This document shows, piece by piece, positions 28,833 to 43,918 of a stretch of DNA of 64,000 bases (its first letter is position 1; each line of letters begins with the position of its first letter). Below the pieces are notes generated by a model. It saw only the letters and a program-made list of their open reading frames with translations, had not been told where the DNA came from and ran no database searches. The DNA comes from the human T2T-CHM13v2.0 reference genome, Homo sapiens: the NCBI RefSeq assembly GCF_009914755.1, contig NC_060925.1. One strand, 5' to 3'. A program made the position numbers and the translations under genes.

Positions 28833-31052
28833 TTAGTTCAGTCACTGTGGAAAGGAGTTTGAAGATTTCTGAAAGAATTTAAAACACAACTACCATTCAA
28901 CCCAGCAATCCCATTACTGGGTGTATACTCAAAGGAAAATAAGTTAAGCTATCAAAAAGACAGATATAGTCATATGTTCACTGAAGCACTATTCAAAATA
29001 GCAAAGGCATGGAATCAATCTAGGTGTCCATCAACAGTAGATTGCATTTAAAAATGGAGTGCATATGCACCATGGAATACTATGAAGTCATAAAAAAGAA
29101 CAAAATAATGTCCTTTGGATTAACATGAATACAGCTGGAGGCCATTTTTAAGCAAATTAACAAAGGGATAGAAAACCAAATATTGCATGTTCTAACTTAT
29201 AAGTAAGACGTAAGCATTGGGTCCAAGAGGACATAAAGTTGGGAACAATGGACACGGGGGACTACTATGAGGGGAGAGAAAAAGGGGAATAAGTGCTGAA
29301 TAACTACCTATTGGGTACTATGCTCACTACCTGGGTGATGGGATCATTGACACTCCAAACCTTAGTGTCACACAACATACCCATGTAACAAATCTGAATG
29401 TAAACCCCCTAATCTAAAATAAAAGTTGAAATTATTTTAAAAAAATATATTTCCAATGGCTTTGTAGGTCATTGGAAAATTACTCTGAAAAATTTTCCTT
29501 TGCACTTCTATCCCACCTTTCTTATTTAAAACATATAAAATAATTCAAATAATGCTAATTATTACAAGAACTACATTAGATTTAAGTCGTGTACAAACTT
29601 GTTAATAACCAACTATTTTAAGATAAAAGGATGTGATACCATATGACATATTATTTAATACAGAAGTAGAATCCATGCACATAATTGCTAAGTAATTAAA
29701 TAAGTTGTATACTTAACCATGGTCTCTTGAAATCAAATCAAATTTTTATTAAGAATAGAAGTAATTTCCTTTGAAGGTGGCACTAAGCAAATTAAAGTAT
29801 ATTTAATAATATTAACCATTATCTTATACTTTCCTTATATGTCTTTAAATGTGGTAGTGGCAGTGTTTTAAATAATTAATGATCCTAAATTTTCAACACC
29901 AGTAGCAACAAGTCCATTGACATATGGTATTACAAGTTCTAGTAATATTTTGTTATTTGTCATTCTGGTGGAGTCAATCCAAGAATTAACTTTAATTAGA
30001 TAAAGCAGCCAAAAAAAAAGGGACACACTACCTGATGCCCACTTTCAGTGTTATGCTATCAGTCTCTCATTCCATGAACAATGAGCATTGGCACCATAGC
30101 TGTGTATTTATCGTTCTGAGGTCAAGGGCACAGAGAGAATGACTATGAGCACATGGCATAGCTTCAAAGAAAGGCAAATATATTAAATTTTATAATCGCT
30201 AAAATTTCAGCAAATAGTCCTAAGGCTAGTCTGAAACAATGTAATACGATTTTTAAAAAATATTGAACAACTACATACACAAATCCAAAATAGGATACTG
30301 GCCTCTCAAACATTCAATAATTAATACTCTTGGACCTCATTGTTATAATGAGGAACTATATATATGGTTGTGTTTATATATAATCTGATTATATTTAGCT
30401 AAGGATAAGTCAAGCAAACCTATTGTCAAACAGAAAACAAGACCCAATAATGCGACCCAGGCCTAAGACAAGAGTGCTAACTTGGAAACCATAACTGGGT
30501 GGCTTTTTAAGTAAGCATCAGACAGGTACTATCAAAAGTGAAGACATAGGCAGGTTCCCCAATGAAGTGAAGTGTGCTATAAATGACACCACATTAACCA
30601 TATACTTGTGGATCATGCTCCCTAATTAGTGGTTGGTATGTCTGGCTCTGTGCTTATTTATCTTCTGTGATCATTCTTCTCACCCTACTGAAGATGATTT
30701 CGGCAAAAGAAAATATTAAATGGGTAATGAATATTGAGTTTTCTCCTCTAAAAATCATCCATTTCATTAATTAAACTCAAGTTTACAAAAAGAAAAAAAA
30801 AGTTAATATGATGGATTCAGTCAGGCTTGGATTAACAAATTCTTCAGAGTAACATAGGGTAAATATCCCATAACACTTCTTCTTAAAACAAAAAGAAAGA
30901 CAGTCTCTAAAGGAGGCATTTGACATATTACCCGCATTCTATGAGGGAAGAAAACACACTGTAGAGTAATATTGTGAAAAAATATTAATATAAAAATTAT
31001 TGGCTCTATATAAACTCCAGCTCTAAGGGAAGTTCTGCAGTTGAAGTTTATG

Positions 31053-31190
31053 TTTGTTGTTGTCATTTGTTTGTTTGTAGACATGGGGTCTCGCTATGTT
31101 GGTCAGTCTCAAACTCCTGGCCTCCAGTCATCCTCTCATCTCAGCCTCCCAAAGTGCTGGAAGTACAGGTGTGAGCCACCACGCCTTGCC
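31053..31190 (-). mobile_element. FLAM / free left Alu monomer
   Basis: Single monomer ggggtctcgctatgttg...gagccaccacgccttgcc. Confidence 0.8.
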
Positions 31191-31435
31191 TGGAAGTAAG
31201 TTTACATTCTTTAACTTTGTATTGCCTCCTATATTTTCCAGTCTAAGAAATGGTCTTTCTTTGTAGACTCAATTTTGGAACATTTCTAATTTTGTATTGG
31301 AAATTTGTGAGAATAATTTGTGAGTAGATAGTATCAAGTTTGTGTGGATTGGTCCATAGGAGAAAAATGGTAACAGGTGTGTTTAAAATAGCACACACAA
31401 ATGGTAACCCATCATGCAAAATAGTGCAGCATGAA

Positions 31436-31439
31436 TGTG

Positions 31440-31477
<38 letters not shown>
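31436..31477 (+). repeat. (TG)n microsatellite
   Basis: Near-pure TG run. Confidence 0.95.
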
Positions 31478-31480
<3 letters not shown>

Positions 31481-32072
31481 ATGTGCGGAATGATTCATTA
31501 AGAAGGACAAAAGAAAATAATTGCATGGATTAAAAAATGCATTTCTGGGGTAGGAGAATTGGAGGTTACTAGGAGAAATAAAGTGATATAAAACATTAAG
31601 ACTTTTTTGGTTTCTCTTTCCCCAGAAAAGCACCTCTTTATGGGATGAGCTTAATTCTCAGTCTATAGCAAGAAGAGGCAAGTGTGTCCAGGGAATAAAG
31701 ATTTCAGTGATTGTCAGCTCACTTCAGGTCAGCTTCCTTCTTCTGAACTGCAAGTCATCTGTTCCACATCTCTCCACTATATTTTGATATGTAATTAATG
31801 TGATTTTCCAGGCTTCCTTAATTCTTGGTGTAGTAGTATTGGGCTGTAGCAATTTACTATATCTTAATAAAGGGAGAAAGGTCTATAGAAATATTTGTGT
31901 ATATATGGGACTCTGAAAATTAAAAGTAGCATAATTGCTATACCGTTACCAGAAACTGAAGATTTCATAATGGAACCACTAACTTTGGAATCATATGCAA
32001 CAATATAACTGTTTAAAATAGATTGTAATTGTTGAATAGTGAAAATGAGTTTTCAGTCGAAAATCTGACCTT

Positions 32073-32426
<354 letters not shown>

Positions 32427-33721
32427 TTAATCTTGTTTCAGAGTTAGTTCTTCTTTTCTTCCTCAATAACACTAATTTATTTGGAAAAGCAAAATGACCA
32501 ACGATATACTTTACCATTCAATGTCTATTTTTACATCTACAAATGAACAGCAATTATATGAACATTAAAAATCTTATTCCATTATTATAGCCAGCTCCTA
32601 CTACCTCAAGTTCACTAATAAATTTATTTGGATATGCATTGTTAATAATAAAAAAACCCTAAAACTAACAAGCAAAAATTGAATCAGTTGTCAATTTGGC
32701 TAAATATAACCTGAAGGCGGTTTATATTTAGATGGACTTTTAAAAGAGTAATGTAAAAGACACTTTATTATTCAGTAAAATAACTAAAAGAATTTAAAAT
32801 AAAATTTTGACAATGTGGATTTAGAAATACACAACTGAATTTTATATACAACACAGCTGAACTGCTATTTTTAAATGTTTCATGTGCTTTATATGATGGT
32901 GGTTATTTTATTTTTATTTGTGTTTGCTGCCTTGCTTAAGACACATGCTTTATTGCTTTAATAAAAACTTTTCTCTTAAAACAGCTGTTTATAAAAAATG
33001 ATTATTTTTCACTCACACAAAATTTTAAATATAAGCAAAACAGAGCTGATATGGCAGCTCTGGAGTGTTTGGGATACAGGTGACAGTTGTGAAATTCCTC
33101 TGCTGTCCTCATCATAGGTCTTCTTCCCATAGCTCAAGATGAGATGCTCCTACAACCATTTCTACATTGCAGTCAAATATTTAAAAAAGGCAGAAAAGTA
33201 GAAGACACAAGGCTTCTATTTGCTTAGAAAGAAGGCTGGGGAATGTAACTTTCAGTTTCATGCCCATGTGAAAGACTAAAACTGGTGAGTTCCTTTAACA
33301 AAAGCAAGAATGCAAAATAGATTAGAAGCTGTGAGCTTTGCCAATTACACCTGAATGCTAATTTTATTTGAAAGATTCTTCCTTCTATGTCTTTATGTTT
33401 ATATGTAACTTTATTAGCTGGAAAGTTTATAAATTTTGGTATGTTGTTTATTCACATTCTGCTTAATAATACTTAAAATAGATTTACTCATATGCCAAAG
33501 TCATCTCCAATATCTCCAATTTTAAAGATTAAAAATGTAACATTACACTAAATAACACTGATACAAGTTTATCACTCTGAATTTAAAGGGCAAATATATA
33601 TTTTATAATATTCACAAGTTTTTATTATTTATTCTATCAACTCCTTGCATAAATCCTCCATTGCACTATCAAAGAATAGGCCATTTTAATCTTTCTTGCT
33701 GTACTTTCTTGCTCATATCCT

Positions 33722-34009
33722 TGGGCAAAGGATATGAACAGACACTTCTGAAAAGAAGACATTTATGCAGCCAACAAACATGAAAAAAAAGCTCATCATC
33801 ACTGGTCATTAGAGAAATGCAAATCCAAACCACAATGAGATACCATCTCATGCCAGTTAGAATGGTGATCATTAAAAAGTCAGAAAACAACAGATGCTGG
33901 AGAGGATCTGGAGAAATAGGAATGCTTTTACACTGTTGGTGGGAGTATAAATTAGTTCAACCATTGTGGAAGACAGTGTGGTGATTCCTCACATATCTAG
34001 AACCAGAAA
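33722..34009 (+). mobile_element. L1PA7-like fragment A (inverted copy of 34558-34847)
   Basis: ORF2 C-terminal region. About 97% identical by manual alignment to the reverse complement of 34558-34847. No tail. Confidence 0.9.
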
Positions 34010-34021
34010 CCTAGTCATTTC

Positions 34022-35757
34022 TTTATTATTATTATTATATTTTAAGTTTTGGGATACATGTGCAGAAAATGCAGGTTTGTTACATAGGCATACAGGTGCC
34101 ATGGTGGTTTGCTGCACCCATCAACCCATCATCTACATTAGGTATTTCTCCTAATGCTATCCCTCCCCTAGCCCCCCACCCCCCAACAAGCCACAGTGTA
34201 TGATATTCCCATTTCTGTATCCATGTGCCCTTATTGTTCAACTCTCACTTATGAGTGAGAACCTGCAGTGTTTGGTTTTCTGTTCCTATTTTAGTTTGCT
34301 GAGAATTATGGTTTCCAGCTTTATCCATGTCCCTGCAAAGGACATGAACTCATCCTTCTGTATGGCTGCATAGTATTCCATGGTGTATATGTGCCATATT
34401 TTCATTATCCAATCTATCATTGATGGGCATTTGGGTTAGTTCCAAGTCTTTGCTATTGTGAACAGTGCTGCAATACGTGTGCATGTGTCTTTATAGTAGA
34501 ATGATTTTTAATCCTTTGGGTATATACCCAGTAATGTGATTGCTGGATCAAATTGTTTTTCTGGTTCTAGATATGTGACGAATCACCACACTGTCTTCCA
34601 CAATGGTTGAACTAATTTACACTCCCACCAACAGTGTAAATGCATTCCTATTTCTCCAGATCCTCTCCAGCATCTGTTGTTTTCTGACTTTTTAATGATC
34701 GCCATTCTAACTGGCATGAGATGGTATCTCATTGTGGTTTGGATTTGCATTTCTCTAATGACCAGTGATGATGAGCTTTTTTTTCATACATTTGTTGGCT
34801 GCATAAATGTCTTCTTTTCAGAAGTGTCTGTTCATATCCTTTGCCCACTTTTTGATGGGGTTCTTTTTTCTTGTAAATTTGTTTAAATTGTTTGTAGATT
34901 CTGGATATCAGCCCATTGTCAGATGGATAAATTGCAAAAATTTTCTCCCATTCCGTAGGTTGCCTGTTCACTCTGATGATAGTTTCTTTTGCTGTGCAGA
35001 AGCTCTTTAGTTTAATCAGATTCCATTTGACTACTTTGGCTTTTGTTGCCATTGCTTTTGGTGTTTTAGTCATGAAGTGTTTGTCCATGTCTATGTCCTG
35101 AATGGTACTGCCTAGGTTTTCTTCTAGGGTTTTTATAATTTTAGGTCTTACATTTAAGTCTTTAATCCATCTTGGTTGATTTTTGTATAAGTTGTAAGGA
35201 AGGGATCTAGTTTCAGCTTTCTGCATATGGCTAGCTAATTTTCCCAGCACCATTTATTAAATAGGGAATCCTTTCCCCATTGCTTGTTTTTGTCAGGTTT
35301 GTCAAAGATCAGATGGTTGTAGATGTGTGGCATTATTTCTGAGGCCTCTGTTCTGTTCCATTGGCTTTCATATCTGTTTTTGTACCAGTACCATGCTGTT
35401 TTTGTTACTGTAGGCCTTGTAGTATAGTTTGAATTCAGGTAGTGTGATGCCTCCAGCTTTGTTCTTTTTGCTTAGGATTGACTTGGCCATGCTGGCGCTT
35501 TTATGGTTCCATGTGAAATTAAAAGTAGTTTTTTCCAATTCTGTGAAGAAAGTAAATGGTAGCTTGATTGGGATAGCATTGAATCTATCAATTACTTTGG
35601 GCAGTATGGCCATTTTCATGATAATGATTCTTCCTATCCATGAGCATGGAATATTTTTCCATTTGCTTGTGTCCTCTCTTATTTCCTTGAGCAGTGTTTT
35701 GTAGTTCTCCTTGAAGAGGTCCTTCATTTCCCTTGTAAGTTGTATTCCTAGGTATTT
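34022..35757 (-). mobile_element. 5'-truncated L1PA7-like element B
   Basis: T-rich tail at left, ggtatttctcctaatgctatccctcccc 3'UTR, ORF2 remnants (ORFs 34729-35253 and 35368-35823). Confidence 0.92.
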
Positions 35758-36650
35758 ACAAGAAAAAACAAAACAAAACAAAACAAAAAAATCAAAAAGT
35801 AGGTGAAGGATATGAACTGACATTTCTCAAAATAAGATATTTATGCAGCCAACAAACATATTAAAAAAAGCTCATCATCACTGGTCATTAGAGAATTGCA
35901 TATCAAAACCACAATGAGATACCATCTCACGCCACTTAGAATGGCAATCATTAAAAAGTCAGGAAACAACAGATGCTGGAGACGATCTGGAGAAATAGGA
36001 ATGCTTTTACACTGTTGTTGGGAGTGTAAATTAGCTCAAACATTGTGGAAGACAGTGTGGCGATTCCTCACGTATCTAGAACCAGAAAAACCATTTGATC
36101 CAGCAATCCCATTACTGGGTATAAACCCAAAGGATTAAAAATCATTCTACCATAAAGACACATGCACATGTATGTTTATTGCAGCACTATTCACAATAGC
36201 AAAGACTTGGAACCAACCCAAATGTCCATCAATGATAGACTGGATAAAGAAAATGTGGCACATATACACCACGGAATACTATGCAGCCATACAAAAGGAT
36301 GAGTTAATGTCCTTTGCAGGGACATGGATGATACTGGAAACCATCATTCTCAGCAAACTAACACAAGAACACAAAACCAAACACCGCATGGTCTTACTCA
36401 TAAGTGGGAGTTGAACAATGAGAACACATGGACACAGGGAGGGGAATATCATACACTGTGGCTTGTTGGGGGGTGGGGGGCTAGGGGAGGGATAGCATTA
36501 GGAGAAATACCTAATGTAGATGATGGGTTGATGGGTGCAGCAAACCACCATGGCAGGTGTATGCCTATGTAACAAACCTGCATGTTCTGCACATGTACGC
36601 CAGGACTTAAAGTATAACAATAAAAAATAAATAAGTAAATAAATAATAAA
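35754..36650 (+). mobile_element. 5'-truncated L1PA7-like element C
   Basis: ORF2 C-terminus ([20 protein letters not shown] cysteine-rich motif), 3'UTR and A-rich tail at right. Confidence 0.92.
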
Positions 36651-37550
36651 TCAAGGTGCAGCAGATTCACAATTGGCAAAAACAACACAAAACAAGTATA
36701 AAATGCCAACTAGTTGCATTAATTGAGCATTAAGCACTGTATGCTCCAATTATAACAATTATGACTGTTTACAACATTTACGTACTTTTTACATTTGAGA
36801 TGTTTGCGAGGAGATAAGCTATTTTCTTAATTCTTTTTGTTTGTTTGCTCATTTGTTGGCAGGTCACGTAACTGCGGGTCTAATTAAACATTTATGTATT
36901 TAGTTTACTTTTTTGTGAAATTCCATTCCATAAACAGTCTAAAGTATATCGACTCCTAATCTCTGCTTGTCCATTTTTGCAGGGGATTCTGTTATGCTTC
37001 TCCTCTAGTACCTTATATGCCAGGAATCCTTATCTCCAACAGAATAGCAGTGTTGGTTCTTACTGACCACTATGAGGCCCACATTTGATCTCTGGAAGCT
37101 GAAGGACAGTATACTCACTGCCTCAAATCCTGGAAGCTTCAGAGGCCGACATGGCCAAATAAAGCAGAAGATTGTTGGTGGTGTCACTCAAATATTAGTT
37201 TAAGTCACTTTTTAATTGTTTCCAGATTCCTGTTAAATATTACCCATCTCCAGCTTCACAGTAAACGGGCATTGATGGTCTCCATGCTGGATATCTCCCA
37301 GTATGTATATTGTTTTTTTCAAATATATCATCTGCAAGATCTACCCATACAGTCCCATTTGAAACTTCATCTCAGCCTCCCTCTTATTCTTCTTCTGATC
37401 AGCAGCAGCTCTTCCTCACGAGTTCAGGCTCAGCACCAATTAAATCCAGAGTTCAATGAGAAGAGTGAATTAGTTTTCCTCAATACCTGTATAATATTTT
37501 TCTATTACATGGAAATTCTAAAAGAGAAGTCTGCCTCCAAAACCCCACTA

Positions 37551-37928
<378 letters not shown>

Positions 37929-38067
37929 TTAAAATACAATATTCTTAATTATGAAATTCTTCTACGACACAGTTATATATTAAATTACTGTTTAACATTA
38001 TTTTATTAAACTATGTCCCCTCAAAATTGACACTGGGCCTATACTCTCCTATTTTTGGTTCATGGTA

Positions 38068-38469
38068 TGTTAATAGTGGCAAATCTGTGTGGGTCTGCGG
38101 CAACCTCAATTCTTGCCTCCTCAGAAGAAAGAATTTGACTAAGGTGCATAGGGCAGGAGAGTCCAAGGCAAGTTTTAGACCAGTAGTGAAAGTTTGCTAA
38201 AAATTTTAAAGCAGGAACAAAAGGAAGTATAGTACACTTGTAAGAGGGCCAAGTGGGTGACTTGCGAGATTCAGTGTGCGGCTTGACTTTTGACTTGGGG
38301 TTTTGTACACTGGCTCACTTCCAGGGGATTGGGTCTTTTCTGCCCTGATTCTTCCCTTTGGGTGTACTGTTCACATGCACAGTGGCCTGCAAGCACTTGG
38401 GAGGGGCGGCATGCCCAGTGTGTTCTCACTTGGGGCATTCTTCCCTTGCCCTTTGAGTGTTCTGTAACA
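38068..38469 (-). mobile_element. ERV1 LTR, MER50-like (partial)
   Basis: tgtta..ggtctgcggcaacctcaattcttgcctcctcagaagaaagaatt, characteristic of the MER50/MER4 group. Confidence 0.75.
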
Positions 38470-38724
38470 ATTATACTGATTACTCCAGGACTCTAGCATG
38501 TTCACTCCTCTTTATGCAGTAAGATGATAATTTTTGAAAGATCTTTACTCTTAAATATGGTTATTAAAATAACCTTTAACTGATGCCATATATTACCCTA
38601 TTCCTGCTTTTAACCTACACTTTTTACTACTTCTAAGTACATCAAGATTTATAGATGCCAGTCATTATCACCATATTTTTTGGCTCCCTGCTGATCAGAA
38701 GAAAAATATCCTTATTTTGATATT

Positions 38725-38968
38725 TTACAGGCTTAACAAGTTATATGTGACATATAATATTTGACATATCCAACCATAAAACCACTATCATAATTGAGAT
38801 AATGAACAAATTAGTCACCATCAAAAGTCCCTTTGTGCCTCCTTTTAACATTTTTCCTCTCACTCTCTTTGTTACCAGGCAACCACCAATCTGCTTTTTG
38901 TCAATGTAGCTTAGATTGAAATTTCTAGAAATTTATATCAGTGAAACCATACAATACATACTTTTTGT
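38725..38968 (-). mobile_element. Old L1ME/MD 3' fragment
   Basis: ccaggcaaccaccaatctgcttt..tttctagaaatttatatcagtgaaaccatacaata. Confidence 0.6.
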
Positions 38969-39199
38969 ACAAATAGAAAAGAAAGATAAGGATAACATCA
39001 GATTTTTTTTATGAGAAAGAATGCATGCTATAAAAGAGTGGAATGATATCCTTGATGGAGTGAAAGGAATAGAAATCAAACAAGAATTATTTATACTATG
39101 ATAATACTTCAAAAAAACAAAGAATAAATAAATAACTTTTCAAATACAAAAAAGCTAAAGAGTTCATTACCAAAGTATCTATATTAAAAAAATTAAAGG

Positions 39200-39510
39200 G
39201 GCCGGGCGTGGTGGCTCACACTTGTAATCCCAGTACTTTGGGAGGCCAAGGCGGGTGGATCACGAGGTCAGGAGATCAAGACCATCCAGGCTAACACGGT
39301 GAAAACCTGTCTGTACTAAAAATACAAAAAATTAGCTGGGGGTGGTGGCGGGCGCCTGTACTCCCAGCTACTCGGGAAGGCTGAGGCAGGTGAATGGCTG
39401 CCGTGAACCTGGGAGGCGGAGCTTGCAGTGAGCCCAGATAGCGCCACTGCACTCCAGCCTGGGTGATAGAGTGAGACTCTCGTCTAAAAAAAAAAAAAAA
39501 AAAAAAAAAA
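39200..39510 (+). mobile_element. AluY
   Basis: Y diagnostics gagatc..gaccatcc..gctaacacgg, gaatggc and ggagcttgcag. TSD-like aaaaaattaa(a)gg. Confidence 0.92.
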
Positions 39511-39639
39511 TTAAGGAAGTTTTTCAAGCAGAAAGCAAAGAATACCGGATGGAACTCTTGACCTACACAAAAGAATGAGGAAAGCTGGCAAGGGTAACTT
39601 ACATAACTCTTCTTAAAGGATTTACATAATTTACTCATC

Positions 39640-40150
39640 AAAAGACTTGGAGGAACCTTAAATGCAATGCATATTGCTAAGTGAAAGAAGATAACTTAAA
39701 AAGACTATGTACTGTATGATTCCAGCTATATGATATTCTAGAAAAAGAACCAAAATTATGGAGACAGTAAAAAACACAATGGTTGCCAGGATTCAGTGGA
39801 GAAGGAGACAGGCATGGATAAGAGGAACATAAGGGATCTTTAGGGAAGTAAAAATACTCTGTATGATATTCTAATTCTGGATACATATCATTCCGCATTT
39901 GTCAAAATCCATGAACTGGTATAACACAAAGAGTGAATCCTAATGTAAAATAGGACTTTAGTTAATAATAATGTAACCATACTAGTTTATGATTGTAAGG
40001 AATGTACCATATTAATGGAAGATGTTAATAAGAGGAGAAACTGGGAAGGGGGTGTTGCGGAGGTATTTGAAATACCCCGGCACTTTTCTACTCAATTTTT
40101 TTTCTGTAAACTGCTCTAGATTTTATGTTTAGTAAAGCTGCTCTAAAAAC
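39640..40150 (+). mobile_element. L1MC1-3-like 3' end
   Basis: ggaggaaccttaaatgca..tattgctaagtgaaagaag and catttgtcaaaatccat..gagtgaatcctaatgtaaa. Confidence 0.7.
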
Positions 40151-41087
40151 AGTGTCTACTAATGTACAAACAGCTAATTTATTTGAAGTAAAATAAGTAG
40201 AAATAATTCGTGTTATTATGACTTATATAGAAGTATGTGCCACAAATATTTGGGGAGGAGTAATAAGTATGTACTTTTAAAAGGTGCTTATACTAGTGAA
40301 GTTGTAAATTTGTCACTTGAAGTTCAATGGTGTATAAAATAATCCTTAACATAAAAACTAAAACAACCCAACAAACAGTTATAGCTAATAATTCAACAAT
40401 GGAGATAAAAGGAAATTATAAAAATGCAGAATTTAAAAGAAAATATAAAAAAAGTAGAAAAAATCACACGAGAAAAGTTGAAAATGATCGATCCAAATGT
40501 GTTTAATCACATTAAATGTAAATTGTTTAAATATTCTTGCCCCCCAAAAAGACAGAAGTTTTCAAATGAAATAAAACAGCAAGGCCCAAATATTTGCTAC
40601 CTACAAAACAAAAGGAAAAAAAAAAGAACAAACACAAAAAACTTTAAATACAAATATTCAAATAAAGTAATAGCAAAGAAAGTAAATTATGGAAAAGACC
40701 AACCCTGCCAGCCCAATTAAAAGCTTTAGAGTAATTAATATCAAAGAAACTAGATTTCAGAACAAAGAATATTACCAGGAATGCAAACAGTCATTTTACC
40801 ACAATAAAGGAATAAATTCATAAAAAGTATGTAATAATCCTAAATGTGTATTCACCCAATATCAGAGCTTCAAAACACATATAGCAAAAAATGATAGAAC
40901 TTGCATAAGAGACAGACAAATTCACAATTATATTACTCTCCCAATAATTGTTAGGAAAAGTAGAGAGAAATTAATAAGAATACCAAAGATGTAGGTAATG
41001 GTATTAACCAACTCGGTTAATTGATGTTTATAATGTTCTCCACACAAAACTAGCAAAATAGTTTCTGCTATATTGAAACACTTCTAA

Positions 41088-41509
<422 letters not shown>

Positions 41510-41522
41510 AAGAAATTTATTT

Positions 41523-41527
<5 letters not shown>

Positions 41528-41572
<45 letters not shown>
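41528..41572 (+). repeat. (TA)n microsatellite derived from the L1 tail
   Basis: Pure TA run of about 22 units. Confidence 0.95.
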
Positions 41573-41575
<3 letters not shown>

Positions 41576-43361
41576 ATTATTATACTTTAAGTTCTAGGGT
41601 ACATGTGCACAACGTGCAGGTTTGTTACGACAAATATGTTTTCTAACCACAATAGAATTAAATAAGAAATCAATATCTTGAAAATTCTCAGAGATGTGAC
41701 AAACAATTGCCTCATGGTTCAAACAAGAAATCAAAAGGAAAATTAGAAAATATTTTGAACTGAGTGCATATGAAAACACAACTGTCTAGTTTGATTTTTA
41801 AAGTTTATTCTCTGAAGACAAATTCTTCTTCAAACCTCATATTCAATTACTCTAAAACATAGGTTTTTCATCACAATATATTTTACATCTTACAGTTCTT
41901 TTTCATTCTTGCTTTAAGGTTTGGCTCTTGCTCTGAATTCATGTCCATATATTTTAATTAGCATAGTATTAATAGGTAAGTCAGATACAGATATTTTTCT
42001 CACAGAAACTAGGTATATGACATTGTTTTTTAACAATACTAGAAATGCTTAGGCCTTAACTTGCCATATTTAATAAATGATGTTTTACAATCTATACAAG
42101 TCCTAAACATTTTTTACAATTATGATATGGCATTATCTATGTATTAGATATAATATTTTGCCTGAGATTTGTGAGTTTGATCATTTGTTTCCCTTACGTT
42201 TTGTGATTCTCTGATTATTTATGTAGCATTCCAAATTTGGATTTTTTTTTTCTGATGAGTAGGTCTTAGAATTAAATACTTGTTTATGTGTAAATGTGAC
42301 TTAGACAGTATCATCTGACATTCTGTTCAGCTGCATGTATAAGTATCCAAATTATAATGACAAATGTCATCAACATTTACAAGTATGTTTTTTCATGGAA
42401 AAATACAGAAATAGGCAGTCCAACATATCAGAAGTTTTATCAATCCAGATCTTCTTTATCTCTTCTCTGATATTGGCTATATTAGCTGTATTATCAAAAA
42501 ATAAAGGGCATGGATAAAAGGAAGCCTGTCAATTAAACATCACAAATTGTGGTTTCTTAGCCATCCAGTCAAAAGAAAGTTTAAATCTCATCACCAACTC
42601 ACCAAACAATTGAAAATAATAATAAATTACATATTTTCTTCTATTTTGTTTTGCTTTAACTTAGCTTATTGCTAACAAGAACCATAGATTGTGTTAATAA
42701 ATACAAAGAAAGAATGTAGACCATTAACTGTGTCTGCTGTGAAATTCTAAAAGGGAGCAATCCACTCTCCAAATAAAGGGTCATAGAGATATCACAAAAG
42801 AACTATGTCCTGCTCACATACTTATCCTGCTAATTTAGAGGATACATTGACAATTAAAGTAATTCAATGGCTGTCCTCAATTAGGGGAAACACCGTCTTC
42901 ATTTTCCCATCTGCATTTAAGCCATGATGGATAATTATTACCACTTCATCAAATTAATATCTCTATTCATCTTAAAGGAGAACACCTGAATTATGAGAAT
43001 ATTCTTCTCTGTGGAAACAAAACTAGGGAATCTGGATGAGGTTGGTAAGTCATTGTTTTTTCACTATTTTTTTTTGTTCCAGAAACCAAATAAATGGGTA
43101 AATTTACTCATTATGGGAACCAAATAGTAACAATGATCAATTCAATCATGGGAGGTGTCTGTATCAGATTTAGAAAACTATCCATCCCTCCCTTTAATGC
43201 CATTGGTTAATTGAGATGCCAACTGAAAAAGAAAGCTTTCTATTTTGCATATAAAATGTTATAAACAAATATTACACTGATGTTAAATAAATTGTAAATA
43301 TTTCTTAATTTTGAGCATGAATTAAATAGTGGCCATTGCAACAGGGATGATCAAGGCTTTT

Positions 43362-43918
<557 letters not shown>

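Noticed and set aside
34010-35757. cctagtcattt (34010-20) and cctaggtattt (35747-57) as the TSD of element B
   Set aside because: Only 9/11 match, and the right-hand copy is ordinary antisense L1 sequence, so it cannot be supported as a TSD. If real it would favour independent insertion of B.
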